A DNA stretch of 64,000 nt from an uncultured Planctomycetales bacterium (GCA_964595465.1 CAZQQI010000004.1:30195-94194); one strand, 5' to 3'; shown: positions 12,001-27,000, counted from the stretch's first letter. Notes: generated from the sequence alone by a model not told the origin. Made by a program: numbers and translations.

Positions 12001-15000
12001 GCTGGGTAAGGATTATTTAGAAGCATTGCCGTGGAAGACGGCGATCTTCCTGCTGATGCTGTATCTGGCTATCAATTTCGGCTTCGGCAAGATCATTGAA
12101 ATTTTCAAGACAGCAGGACGAAAAACCGGTTTCGGATTGTCTCGTCTGATAGCTGTCTTTGGACGGAAACATAAAAAGGAACGTGCTGACTCAGCAGATG
12201 AGGGTCAGGAAAGAATTGAAGATATGGTTAAAGAGATGGAAGCCTTCATCGATGCTCTTCCGGCATACGGATTTCAAGCGGGTTCAGCTGAAAAGACAAA
12301 AGAGAATCTCAAAGACGAACTGCGCAGCCTATTGAAGGCCGGGGTCAGCAAAGAAGATATCGTGAAAAATCAGTTTAGATTGTTTGTTAAAGTGTGGTTT
12401 GTGCCGGTCATGGCCCGCAAAGCCTGGATGGGAGAATATCAGCAGAGCGATATATCGGATCGCGGGTTATGGGTAAGGGTCAAACGCTTCTTGCGCATTG
12501 ACCGAAAGGTCAAAAAATATGCCCTGGGTCATAATTATGAAGAAGTCGAAGAACGGGCCAATGAGATCCTTTCTAAGGTGGGCTATCAGCTCGAGAATGG
12601 CAAGGCAAACATGGTCTATGACAAGACGCAGTGGAAAGAATATATCCGTCACATGTATATTTACGATATGGTCAACCGCTCCAGCGGAAGACTCTCGAAT
12701 GTAACCATGACCGACGCGTACTTCTTTTATCGCGCCCTGCAGAGTATGGGCCATGATCCGCTGTTCGGTAGAAAGCTGGAAGAGCGTCACTTGGATCTGT
12801 GGGATAAGGTTGTCCTGGCACACAATAAAGCGATCAAAGCTCACACCAAGCACGGGGCTGCACATCATGATGATATCAGCGGCTATTTCCGCACGCCGGG
12901 ATATATCCGTTGGTATGAACAGCAGGATGAGACCGGATTGACCGGACGTGATCGTGTGGAAATCGAGCTCATGAAAGCCGATCTGTTGGAGCAGACCCTT
13001 AAAGCCAACGAAGTTCTGCCTAAGTTGTATTCTGATGTTAAGACCACGATGTATGGATTTGCCGGCTGGATCCGCATCCTGCGGAATTTTAACCGTCCGA
13101 TCAGCGCCATCATCAGTGTCGTGATCCTCTCATCATATGGGATGATGTTTACCTATCAGCCGAGTCTGCTGGGAGCCTTAGGAACAAGCAACATCGCCTG
13201 GCCGGCGTTGATCGCCTGGCTGCCGTGGGCCGCATTGGCTTTTGCGGTTTTACTGGGTGTTAACATTGTAATCCGATTGTTGGATGAGCACTTTAAGGCC
13301 CGCAACACTCTGGAGGATTTCGGTTATGGGGAAAGCGTGGCAGAGTCGGCTTATGATGACAAGGCGCCGAAGGGCACGCGCGGCCGCAAAATACGGGCTA
13401 CGATATCGACAATAGTGGTCCTGGCATCCAAATTGATATTTAACCTCTATATTATGAAATGGATTGGCGGTGCTCTGCTCATCATCGGGACCAGCACGTG
13501 GTCAGTTCCGTTTGCAACGTTTATTATTGTGGGAATTCCGTTCGCGGTGCTCTTTGCATTCAGCTCGTGGGAGTGGTCGAACCGCACAACGGCAGAAAGG
13601 GTCCGCACAGCCTTGGCAAAAACGATCGGGCTGAGCGGAACTCTGCTTATTGCAGCGGCTTATTTCTTCGGATTCCACAGCTGGGTCGGGTTGTTATTAG
13701 CGGTTCCGTTTGTGGCCATGATGAGCGTCATCCTGTTATTAGACGCGTATGCATACTGGTACCTTTGGGAAGGGAAGCTGGGCAACTGGATCGCCAAGTG
13801 GACAGGGGCGTACCGTGTCAGCGCCTGGAACATATCTGCTCCGCATCGCCTGCTACGCAATACAATGACCGCTGGTGTGGTGCTGTTATTCATGTTCATG
13901 GATCCGACAGGGACGCTTAGTGCGCTGGCCTTCGGTCATGGCATCTTATGGACGGCTGGATTATCGGCCATACTGATTGCTGGTATTTCCGTGCTGAACG
14001 TTATATTCTTCCGGTTCGGCATCGCCAAGATCGGCGGGGATTCGGCCGCTGATGTCTTCCCGCGGGCGATGGAACGGTTTGCTGTGCAGAACCTGCCTGC
14101 GACACCAGAATTGACAGCACTGGAGAAAGATCCGAAAAAACAGGTTGAGATTAATGGAATCGTCTTCCCGAGCCGCGAACATGCCGTGGCAACTGCCAAG
14201 GCCTGGAACAGCTTTATTGATCAGTATGTGACCGATGACCTTTCTACTGATGGAGATGATAAAGACAAGCAAGGCGAAGCCGATAAGCTGAAATTCAAAA
14301 TTGAAGGGATCGATGACGCAGATTTCTTTGCCGGTGAGGTTGTAGCAGCGCCGAATCTGCGCAAGGTCACTCCGGAAGTTAAACGTATCCGTTACCGCAT
14401 CCAGTTTTTCCTGGGCACCCTGCTCATGGATATGGAGCGCACACCGGTATGGGATCAGATGCAGATGCTTTCAACTGCCCTGCCGCATTTTGATGAGGTC
14501 TTGATCTATCCGTTCTCCATTAAGACCCGCGCGGATTATGACGGGATTAATTCCCCCTACCGTACCGGAGAAACTTTGCTGACCTACTTTATCAAGCGGC
14601 ATGGAGCCGAATGGCATAATTTTAAGACACGTATGAGAGAAAAATATGGCTCTGATCATCCGGATGTTAAAAGGTTAGATGAGTTTGATTATCAAAATGG
14701 AGAAATCCTCGGAACATATGACAGCCGTGATCAAGACTATCATCTGGAAAGTGAAGAGCTGGAACGCGAGGTCAGTCTGTGGGTTTCTTACCGTTATCAG
14801 CCGCTGTCTCGTAGCGTGCGCGGGATTATGCATCATCAGAAGATGTATGCGTTCTACGCTCGGGTAAATAATCCGAAGCTGAGTCAGGAAGAAGCTATGC
14901 AGAAGGCTCTGGAGAAATATGAATTCCTTCTTGGATTCCAGAAATATGGCGACTTTTTACCCAATTATGAAAAATATCTTGAAGCAATGGAAGATTGGAG

Positions 15001-18000
15001 GCGGGACACAACCAAAGATAAGCCCGAGAAAGATAAAAACATTATCTTGGTTGAGGACGCCAATTATCTCCTGCGTAAATATCCGGGTCTGAAAGGAGCC
15101 TACTTATCTGGTAAACCTTTTGGGGCCGTCTTTACTTACCGCAAAGAATTAAACGGGAAAGAGAAGAAGATCCTGTATGAATTTAAAGATGAACAAGGCG
15201 GATACATTGTCGAAATAGACCATATTGATCTGCCTGCCCATTACTTTGCCGGACAAGGGAAACCCGTCAACCAGAATCACCTTTACCGTTTCGTGCGCGG
15301 AGAAGTCGTTCAGATGATGGATATGAACCAGGATTTCTATCTGGAAGAAACCTTCAAGGCGCCGAATCTGATCGCTGAATTCCGCAAAAATGAGCGTCTG
15401 GTTATTATGGGGTATCCGGAAGATATTGTGACAGACGTCAGTTCACCGGCCGGTAGTGTCCACGCCTTTGGGGACCACACCTTCGCCACCCTGGTTCAGC
15501 GGGCATTGAACTGGAACGGGGTCCGCTTCCATTATGGACATCCGGACTTCGTCCGGGCTCGTAGTTTCCGTCAGCTGGGTCTGTTAAGTGCGCCGTGGGT
15601 CAACGAGGACATTTTCGGGGCTTATAAGGGAACGCTGTATGGTGAGGAAGTTTCCAACAGTGAGATCATGCAGGCAGCCAAAGGCCGTGAAGGTGTCTAT
15701 GAAGGCCTGCTGGGTATTTCGGATAAATTCGGCGCCGGCGCAGCAGAACAGGCCGTGACCCGTATGCTTTATCTGTTCAACCGTTCCGGCAAGATCGGTT
15801 TCGGCCGTGTCTTTGTTCACTTTATTGCCTCGATCGGCTACTTCCTGCGCAAGCCGTTGGTTGTTCTGCAGAACAATCTTTATATCCTGACCATCGTTTT
15901 GGGCGGTCTGAGCCTCTTTGCCGCATTTCCGGGTGAAGTCGTCTTCGGTCTTGTTGGTCTCATGCTGTCGCAGGCCATCACCATGACCGGATATATTCAG
16001 CTGATCAAAGAACACGGGTTCTTCAAAGGCACATGGAGATTTATGAAGGTCTTCCCGGTCGCAGCGTTATCTTATCAGGCTTTGATTTACGGTGCGTTTG
16101 CTCCGGGTGTCATCAAGGCGACCATTAATAATGCCGACTATGTCAAGACCGGACGTCGTCCGGGCCGTGAACACCGCACGCCGTTCCGCAAAGATGTCGG
16201 TTCAAGCGACCATATGGAACTCTATAAATATGTGGCCCTGGATGATAAGCCGGTATCAAAATACGGCAAGGTCGTTAACGGTTTTGTTAATGCCGCTTTA
16301 GGGATGATCCTCTGGCAGACCTGGGGCAGCATCTGGTCTCTGTTCCCGCTGATGATGATCTTCTCGTCCATGGTTGGCCCGTATATGCTGAATCCGGGTT
16401 CAACTCCGCTGACGGTTAGTTCCAAGACCTGGGTTAAGAATCATATCTTTGATATGAAACATGCTGCCTATAAAGCGGGTAAGAAATGGATCATCATTAC
16501 AGGTAGCTTTGCCGCCCTTTGGTTCGTTTTAGGCGGTCTGCCGTTCTTGCCGATCTTTGGGGTTATGACGGCGTACTGGGCGCTGGGATTCTTCCAGGAT
16601 CGTTCTGGCGAGGGGAATCGTGTTAAAAAGGTGCGTGATACGGTTGACGAATATGTCAGCATTACAGTGGTCATGAGTATTCTGACGGTGCTAGGAATTG
16701 CCGCTTTAGTTTACGCTGTGCCGCGTGATCTCATTAAAGGACGCATAGGTTGGATCAAGAAGATTTATAAAAACGGTGTCGGACAGAACGGACGGTTAAA
16801 GGAAACACAGGATGAGGGTAGCTATGGTCAAAAACAGGCAGAAACCAATCATTCGGCTGACGCACCAGGCGAGACAAAAGATAAGGGCCAGCAAAAGACG
16901 TCCGTTAAAGACGGTCAGGAACAGGATGCCGGCAGCCAAAAACAAAAGAATACAGATGTGTCTGATTCCGCTTCAAAAACTGCAAAAGAATTAAGCATTG
17001 GAACGTTGCAATCAATAAAGAGGGAATACAATCACAACGAAGATCAGATTGAAGTAGATAAAAAGGCCAAAAAATTGTGGAAATATCTGCTTGGTCATTC
17101 GCATGAGAAGATAAATGACGCGATTTCTCTTATAGCTCAGGCCGCAGAACTCGAGCAGGCGTTAGAGAAAGAAAAAGATAACGCTAAGAAGAACGCCTTG
17201 AAGAAAAAGATTTCGAATGTAGAAGGGCAACTGCTGCCCATTATCCCTGCCCTCGATCTGGCGACATTTGGGGTTCATCTGCAGGGGGAAGAAGAGCAGG
17301 CCGAAGCCAGTCAGGGCTTAAATGAACTTTTCAAGCGTCAACAGGATTTGATAAAGGAAAACAGAAAAGCTAAGAACCAGCAGTCAGCTGAGCGCAAAGC
17401 AGAAATTGAAGCGCAAATCACTCAAGCTCAGAATGAGTTGGCCAGAAAAGTCCCCGCTCTTACGACCCCGGTTATTACCTATTATTTAGAGAACGCAGCC
17501 GATATCCAAGAGGTGATAAAGGCCCTTGTCCAGCAGCATCAGATTTATTCCAACCAAAAATTCGAAAAGGCACTAAAGATCATCCAGAAAAGAAAACGGG
17601 ATGAATATCAAACAGTGACGTCAAGAGAAAAGCAAAAGATGTTCTCTGATATTTGGGAACAGGATATTAACGAAAATATTAAGAGTTTGTTGCATGCGCT
17701 GGTCGGAGAAAAGAACCAGGAGCGACAGGATGCAGGATCGTCTGCGGCTAAAGAATTGAAGAAGCGGCTGGATAAATCAGTAAAAATTCGTGCCGAGTTG
17801 TATATAGAGAAGCATGGTTACGACATCGAACTGCTTAAACAGCAGGCAATCAAGGCGGGAGTCGATGTCCCAAGCCGCGGGGAATGGATCTTCGCGAGAA
17901 TGCGTTCAGATTTACAGCAGGCTCTATTGGTTAAATATGATTTTGATCGGCAGGCTGTTTACCGCTCCATGATCAGTGAAGCGGAAATGCTGGCAGTACT

Positions 18001-21000
18001 GAGCCGCTTCCTTAACGCTCATGACAGTGAAGAAAGCCTCTATGAGGCAGATGATCTGGTTTTGGCCGGTAATGATGACTTGAAAACTTTTGAAGAAGCA
18101 CTGCGGTTATTTGAAGCAGGTGTGGGCCAGCGGATCGTGATCCTGGGCGGATACGGCCGTTTGACCCTGCCGCTGATCCAAAAAGCCGTGCAGGCCGGCT
18201 TCTCCATCAAGGTGGCTGATGATCGGATCATCAGTGACGGCCAACAGCTGGCCGAATTGATGGCGGAAGTCAATGATGAGAATATGTCGCAGATCATTAA
18301 CCGCAGTGAAGCGGATATGATCCGCCAGATTATGGTCCAGATGATAGGCGGGGATAATGAGATGCTCCGGAAGTTTAACGCAGCGGTCGTGCTTGAAGAA
18401 GATTCGGCCAATACGCGTCAGAATTTTGTGAATTACCGCCAAAAACTGATCGATGAGGACCGGCTGCAGGACGGGCAGTTATTCCGCGCCCTTTTCATTC
18501 AGACGCCGCACCAGCAGTTCCGCACACACGCCACTTTTAATAGTGTTTTCCAAGCTGAAATTGCCGCTGACAAAATAAAAGGCATCAGCCGCACCATTGA
18601 CCTGCGCATTCAGCCTACGGCAGAGTTCAGAAGTCTACTTATCGCAGAGCTAATTAAAATTATCGCCTATACCAAGAAAGGCGATATTCTGCCGGTCTAC
18701 AAGGACAAAGACGGTCTCCCCGCCATCCCGGCAAATATATGGAAAACAGGGGCCCAGCTCTTCACTGATCTTACTGCATCTGATCAAAATGACCTCGCTG
18801 TGGGCATGTTTCAGATCATCGAAGCGGCCGGCTTTAACAGAATCGACATCGTCTCTGAGAATGATCCTGATGCGGTAAAAGAATTTATATCAATAGTGAT
18901 AGCCCCGACGTTTATTAGAGAGATTCAGGAAGATATTCGCGCAGAGCGGCCGGCAATTACCGCACAGGAAGACGGCTACGACCTGCGCGTCAGCGATGTT
19001 CAGATCCCTGAGCAATACCAGCCGGCTGTCGAGGCTGCTCTGCGCAAGGCCCTGCAGGAAGGCGCGATCCTGATCAAGGCGGTTAATGCCGAAGGTCAGG
19101 AAATCATCATCCCGGCCGATCAGATCACCATCCGCTTCTCCAGTGTGCATTTTATCATCGATATCAAACAAGCCCTGACCAGCCTTCGCGTTGTAATGAA
19201 GGAAGAGAACGAGACCCCCGCGAAGCAGACGGAAGATACCCAAAACCCGCCCGCCGCCGCAGCCGAACCGCAAAAAGCTGAACCTGCCGCAGAAAAAATC
19301 GCTGACCAGAAAGAACCGGCGGCAGCAGAAAACGAAAATAAAGCAGCTGCTGAAAAGTCTGCAATACAGGAAAACGAAACGGCTCCGGCTGAAACTGCAA
19401 AACCATCTGAAGAACCCAAAGCCGCAGAAGTCAAACCTGTTGTTGAAACTCAACCAAGCCGGACAAGCCGCCTCCGCCGTTTTATTCGCCGTGTCGTGGG
19501 CATCTCTTCAATGCTGGCTATCGTTTCCTTGAGCGCCTATTCCGCGTTGTTCCTCCTTGCCAAATACAACGATCTGCCGGGAGTCAGCAAAGACATCACG
19601 GCAGCCTTTACAGCTTCAGCTGAAGAGTTTGTTTCTGCTGTCCCGGCCTGGATCCTGCCGGCGCTGGGATTCAGTATGATCGTGATGATCAGTGCTGTTT
19701 TGATAGGGAAATTGATCAAGACAGCTAAAGAGCACGAAGCACAGCAGAATTATGAAGAAATCACCTCTGATGATCTGATCGAAGAGTGGACAGAACTTGA
19801 TATTCTTTCAGCGCGGGAATCAGCAGCTCGTGGGTTGGAGGTGGTTGGATTAGGCGCGGCAGCAGAATTGGTCCGCCGGGGTGAAGTGGATGCTGATTAT
19901 AACGCTCAGCGCTACGACGCGTATGTCGGCCGGTTAATCGCACAAGCTATGTTTCATGACGAGCATGTACAGGAATGGATGACCGGCAAAAATATTTTAA
20001 TTAAGTTGACTGGCCGGACACGTTACCGTTTCTACAGCCGGGCGGTGAGAGGCGCGTTTGCTGAACCGGATGATGCCAAGAAAGAATATGGCGAAGACCT
20101 GAGCGAGATAAAATTAACCGAACGCAGCATTAAAGAAGATATTAGAGAAGCCGCCCGGAAAGCATGGGCGCAGATAACTGGAGAAGGTGCAGGAGGTGTC
20201 GAGCGGTTAACCATACTTAAAGAAAACGCCGCTCAGCGCAGAAAAACTGAAAATATTGCAAAAGGTTTACGCAAACTGAGTAAAGCTGCTGTCTATATCA
20301 TTGTGTTTTTAATCGGCTTGTCAGCACTCAACGCGATGACGGCACCGGTCATGGCGCAGACCATCTCTGCCGATCAGCAGGAAGCATCACTTCATGGGTT
20401 GCCGCAAGAAACCGGATTTGACATAGATGATATCCGTATGCCCTCCAGCGAAGATGTCTTGGTCGGCCTGGGAGCCCGGAATATTTCCCGGGAGGACATA
20501 CAGATTATGATGGCGCAGGAAAAATCTGCAGCGATTTACAAGGCATTGGAAAAGGCCGGCCAAGAGCATCTCTGGCACGAAGCCCTGGTGAATCGTCAGG
20601 AAGCGTCTTCAGGCCAGACCGTCATTGGTGTAACCGCGCATATTATTGCGCAGGATCCGGTCATAGACGGCAAACCTGTAATCCCTGCCCAGCGGATGGA
20701 GATTGCCGAAAACGTTTACGTGCGCGCACATGCACCGCAAATGTTTCTGGCTTATGAGAACGCTGACAATGAGATAGCAGCGATTACCGCTGGCGGGCGC
20801 CGTTTTGTGATCTCGCCTGAGTTGAGGGATGAGATCGCAGCTCAGGAAAATTTCAGTGATGATGATTGGGTCGTTATTCCTCAGCTCGATGATGACAGGA
20901 GCCGCATTATCATAATGAAACGCACCATCAGTGAATTGAGCGGGCGCCTGCCGCAGCAGCGTATCAACGGGTATGAAGGTCTGCGCGGCGGTGCGGTTAT

Positions 21001-24000
21001 GGTCATCAGCGCACAGACCAAGGGGCAGGATAAAAAGACTTTTCATGACCTTGCCGGCCAGCTTCTGCGGGAGGCCGCAGAAGTGATAGGTTCTGATTAT
21101 TATAAAACTCAGCTGCTTAACATTTACCGTGTTCCGACTTACCTTTTTGAGCGCGAGGCCGGACCGGCCGAATCTGTGGTGTATCGGTATTACGAAGAAG
21201 GCGAGGTCATGAGCGCCAGCTATGCAGGCACCATCAAAGGCATTGAGACGGATGTTGCGTATGAGCGGGTTTACAGCCCGTATTCCGGTAAAGTCGATAA
21301 GGTCGAGCGCACAGATTCCGGCATCCGCGTCATGATTAAGGGTGCCCCAAGAGCCATTATCGGTTTAGAGGCCACGATCATTCGTGAAGGCGACATTGTG
21401 ACGGCTGGCGAAATGGTCGGCCTGAATAACGTTCAGGTTCGCGCAGGTGGCCGTCTGCCGGCATCAGAAGAAGAGGTCGAAAGCGCACGTGAAGAGGTTG
21501 CCCAGAGAATAAAGGTAGATAGTCAGCGCGCCGCAAGTACACAGGTAAACCTTTCGCAGCAAGAAAAAGATGCATCTTCACCGAACCATCGCGCACCTCA
21601 GGATGAAAAGCAAAGACAGATTATAGAAAACAGGGCCGCCAATTTACGAACAGATGTGAGCGGAACAGAATACAGCGGCCAGCAGCAGGAGATAATGAGC
21701 GTTATCGAGCGGGCTCGTTTCCAAGTTCTGCATAACCGCTTATTTATTGATACCGAAGATGAGCCGGATCTGATCGTGGCCTCGATTGCGAAAGGCACTC
21801 TTTATAAAGAAGTCTATTCATTCAGTTCCCTGGATGACGTTCAGGATAAAAATTCTTTCATGTATTTTATCCGCAACAACCCCACTGCTACAGTGGAGAT
21901 TTATCAGGTGCCTGCAGACGTAGAACGTGGTGGTTTTGATATGTCCAGTATCCGGCAGGATCGATATCGTTTATCTACTATAGAGGAGATCGATAGAGCT
22001 ATCCAAAATGGAGAACATATCGTTGTTGTCGTGGAAGGAACGGTTGAAGATGAGCATTTTGAAGGAATATTATTCGCGGGCACAGAGGCAGCTCAAGATC
22101 GCAAAGAGCTGAATGACCGCGTCAGGGACCACCTTCTGCAGACGATACGGCTGCAGAAGGTGTTAGGTTCAGCCGAAGGCGGAGTTCTCACAATTGAACA
22201 GCAGCGGGCGGCAGTCCGGGCAAAATATCCTGCGAGTTTCGGAAATGCTGTCTTTAAAAACACATCTTTATTTGTGGCCGCCCAGGTTGGCACAGATAAC
22301 CGTGGATTTATTAGAAGTGTCCGGTCGCTGCTGACGAGCGGAAATTTTCATCGCCTTAATATTGACGGCGCGCAGTATCCTGCCATGACCATAAATGGTC
22401 AGACGTTTGTGCTGCGTTATTGGCCGTTTGATACCCATCATATAGTCAAACGCTACATTCCCATACCTGTTGAACTGAATGGTGAAGGCCGTGTTATTAA
22501 AGAAGAACGAGCGGCTGTGATCAGAGAATTAAAACGATCGTTAACCAGCGCGGACCAGGTGCGGGGGACGATCATTCTCGGAGAATATTTTTATCAGGCT
22601 GAAGGCGTTAAGAACGGCATCGGCAGGATCATGCTGGCCCGGGAACAGCAGGCGATGCAGGATCAAAAGGCCTATATGGATAAGAAGATCATATCTGAAC
22701 TCTTGTTCCTGCCGGCAAATTTTTATATCCAGAGTCCGGTTCCAGTCAGCACGCCAGGAAGCATCCTCTTCGATCTGATGTTTAAACCGGACAATGATCT
22801 GTATAGACCGTTGACCAATGAAGAAAAAACGCAGTTTTTGGCGCAGTATAGAACGCTTTATCGTGAGAATGTTTCCGCTCGTCTGGATGCTGATTCTACT
22901 TTGGATCTATGGCAGAAGAAATGGAACATGTTAAATAAGCAGGAGCAGGACCGGGCGCTTAGAGAAGCCGATATCCTGGTCAATGATCTACTCAGCGCCG
23001 ATGAGAGAGATCTGCTCGATGCCTTTAGTCAGCGCCGGCACAATGAAATGGAAGTCCTGACAGCCTTAAATTGGCTGTCGCAGGGAGCGCGTTTTGCCGG
23101 GGAGATCATGGAGCGCTATGACACCCGGCAGGTTGTTGTGCCGCGGGCGTTAGGTCCGGAGTCCGCTGTGTTTGACGCCCCCCGGCATCAGGCAGCTGTC
23201 GATATTTTGACACAAAAATATATTTCTTTCACCGGGGAATTAAATCTGATTTCGACATTGACCCTGGGAGAACATACCAGCATCGGAGTCAATACCGGTC
23301 AGAATATGAACTTTTTGGAGAGTTTGCTGCAGCTGGGTATTACTGTTGACCTTAAGTCGGTTATCAATCAGGGGGCCATAGCAGCAACAGGGGATCCTAC
23401 CAGCACACGCTTCGTTACCGCACCGACACGAACGCGGTTCAATCTTTATATCGGCGGATTTCCGCTATCTTTGGTGCTTGACCGGGTGTTGTTGGGTCAG
23501 GTTCTGGAGGCGCATCAGGATGAAGATATTTACGCGATCCAGATCAAGGACGGGTTTTTCTTCAGCGACCTTGAAACATATACCCGTGAGCAATTTGATG
23601 TTCTTACCAAAGCCGTCGCTGACGCAAGGGTTGTTGTAGGCAAGACAGAGGTCAATGTCGGAGGCCGCGTCAAGACAGTGGCGTTTTATCTTGTCGCCCG
23701 TCTAAAAGCTGATGGGAAACCAGAGCTGCAGGTCTTTATGTTGACACCGGCGGCTTATGAAGCTGAAGCACACAGGATCGATCGTGAAATCGCACAGTAT
23801 CAAGATTTTATCAGGTCTCAGCGGGAAGGCGGATATAGCGCCCGTTATGGCGCGAGAGGGGGCACCTATGCTCAGAATATCGCAACCGGCCTGTTGAAAT
23901 CTTATGATCAGCAGCGTCTGGCTGACTATCCGAATGCCTACACCTGGGACATGATGGTGGTGGCTGAACGGATGCTGAACGCGCATGATCGAGAGCGCGC

Positions 24001-27000
24001 CCGTGATATTCTGGATTTTTATTATCAAGCCTATCAGACGCAGATCCGAAAAAACAAAAAGATTGGGTTAGCGGGATTATTTGATAATGACCGTAAATAC
24101 TTTGAAGGCTTTGCTCCGTCATATCATGCTTACACAGGCGTACCGGAAACGCGTGCTGACCTGGCCTCGACAGCTGCGGTTGGATATATGATCCTTCGCT
24201 ACGAAACAGCAACCGGAGACAGTCAGTATCATGAAATGCTTCAAGATATTGCTTACTGGCTGCGCGCGCGTCAAGAAGCCAGCGGAGGACAAGGTATACG
24301 CTCAACAGAGAATGGCCCGCTCAATAAATATGCCGAGCCGAATGCCGTGGCTTTCGCGTTCTTGAACGCGTACGACCGTATCGATAAAGAGTATCGAGGC
24401 ATAGATAGGATCGGCAATATTTTCGGCCACAATAATCGGTCCTTAAGCGGACGTGCCGCTGATGATATTCAGCGCTGGCTGGTGACCCGCATGTGGCAGG
24501 ACGATCTCATCCGCAATGCGCAGAATGGTGCCGGATATTCGGCAGACGCGCAGTCACGCTGGATCACAGTTCTTGGGCCGGATAAAATTATGCAGATCAA
24601 GGCGTGGAATGCGAGAGATCTCTATAATTATGTCCAGGATATCCGCAGTCATTTTGAAGTGAGCATCGATCATCCGGTTTATGGCGAGCTGCGGTTGATA
24701 GATGTCGCAGACCGTACTCTTATCGCTGGAAGCGATCGGCCGGAAGTGAACGGCCGAAAAATTCGAGCCGGGTTTATTGAAGCGACTTCAGAAATGATCG
24801 GTGCGTTCCGTATGATCGCTGATGAACTGGAACAGCAGAATGAACATGAATTGGCGGATCGTGTCCGTGCTTATGCCCGGCAGTATTCAAAATCTATCCG
24901 GAGCGTGAAAAACCAGCAGGATGGGACACTTCCACAGGCTGTGCATGTTTTGGATATAAATCCGGACACGAAAGAAATTGATTCCGGGGTGGGTTATACA
25001 ACAATTATCGGAGACCGATCATTAGCGGCGCTTGCTCAATATCAAATCAGCGTGATCGATAATGAAAACATGTTTACCCTGGATCAAGACAGCAGGCCTA
25101 TCTTGTATATGGAAGGTCGTCCCGGCCATGAGATCACAGCCGAAGAGATGCGGAATCAACCAACGGTGAATATAGGAGAAGAGAGCCATGAGCTCATGCG
25201 GCGCAATATCGAAAACATGATCGACCGCGCTAATCGGGGAGAAGAAGTGGAAGGCCTGATTTATTATGACGCAACGAACGCCCAAGAAGCAGTCTTTATT
25301 GACGAGCTTGGAAGGCTTCAGCATGTTAAGTTGATTCCTTCCGCCGGCGAGCGTCAACGGTATGCCTCACTGCTTGACCGCCAGTTCCGCGATAGCCGGG
25401 ACTATGCCCAGGCGTTAAGGAAAGGCGGTGTGATCTTTACAGGAAGTGACCGCCGGCCGATCCGTACAGATGATGGCTCACGGATTTATGGATCAGAATG
25501 GGTCGGTAAAGTTTTAGACGCGGTCGATGAACTGACTCAGATTGAACGTTCTGCGATTTATCATAAACGTTTCGCGGATTTTGATATCGATATAGACCTT
25601 GACGGAGACGGCACGAAGGACAGCGTACGGGCCACGATTGTCTTTCCGATGGAGGAGAGGCTGAGTGTCCGCCGATCGATGCATGAAAAAACCGGCCTGG
25701 CAGTGACCCGTGTCTTTAAAAATGGCCGCCCTCTCTATGAAGTTCACAATGGAACCCTCACGGTGCATACCTTTCAATCGCCTAGGAGTGAACAAGCTGT
25801 TGATATGCTCAGACGGGCTGAAAAAGAACTCGGTCAGGATATAGATGTGCTGCTGCCTGCGGGATCACACAATTATGATTTCGGGGAGATTGAATTCACC
25901 GAAGATAATATTGTGGAACGTGTTCAAGATTTTCTCAACGAAGATCCGCAGGTGATAGCAGAGAGTGTTGTCACAGGGCATCATTTTATGGATGTGGAGC
26001 ACGCGAAGGCGTATCAGACAAATGCTGAAGTCAGCCGCGGTGTACACATTGATTATCAAACAGGTGAAATGAAATATAGCATTCATGGGCTTGCCGGTCC
26101 TATTTTTGAGGTCACCCACAGCAAAATCGTGCAGAATATTTATACACCTGAAGGAGAGAAACAGGCCTCGTTAGTCTATGTGAATCCCATTGAATCCGAT
26201 AATTTGGCTGAACAATTGCTGATAGGGATGGATATCGAGGACATCATTCAGCAGTCCGGCTTACAGGCGGAAAGACACCAGTATACGGCCGGAGAAGAAT
26301 ACCGGACAATCGAGCAGGTACAGGATCGCCGTACAGATGAGGTGTACATCCGGGTAGTGGATCGTCATGGCCGCATCCAAGTGGAACGCCATCCCGAGTT
26401 TTCCACCGAGACCCGTTATACCTTCGATCAAGATTTTGTAGGCGGGAAAATTGCCGCGCATAGTACGACATTTCAGAATGACCAGCCCATTAAAGAATTC
26501 AAAGCAACAGAGTATGATACTGCGACTCAGACCGTTTACGGAATGATCACCGATCTGTGGACCGGAGGGGAACAAAATGTGGCTATCCGTGAAGGCAATA
26601 TTGCGGAAACGCGTGTAGAAGATAGTTTGGGCGATATTCGCCACACGGCATATGCGCGGAATAGAAACGGCACGAGAGTAACGGCAACGATCACCCAAAC
26701 CGGCGAGCCGCAGCAGACGGTTATATCAGAGTTCGATCCTCAACGCGGTCTCTGGCAAGAACACGGGACAGAATGGGCCGCCTTTGGGGAAGGATCTCTG
26801 CCAATGCAAATGCGCCGGGAACGGGATTTAGAAGGCCTGGTGATTCAGGAAGAGAATGCGACAACCGGCCGTTTATATGTGCCGCAATACAATGAATATG
26901 GTACAGAGATCAGCGGTGTCATGTATGAGAAAAATCTGGAGACGGATAAATATGAGCCGGCTTATCGATATTCCGATTATATCTATCAAAATGGGGATGT

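Noticed and set aside
13459-13920. + strand -1 frame ORFs at 13459, 31894, 32365, 34939 and 54883 as further nested genes
   Set aside because: No convincing SD. They overlap TM-coding parts of the giant frame, have atypical Cys/Arg-rich composition and show no similarity to nested proteins A/B.
531-21425. Long direct repeats as IS, prophage att sites or DGR template/variable repeats
   Set aside because: No transposase, integrase or reverse transcriptase seen. Differences are not adenine-specific and both copies are in-frame coding.
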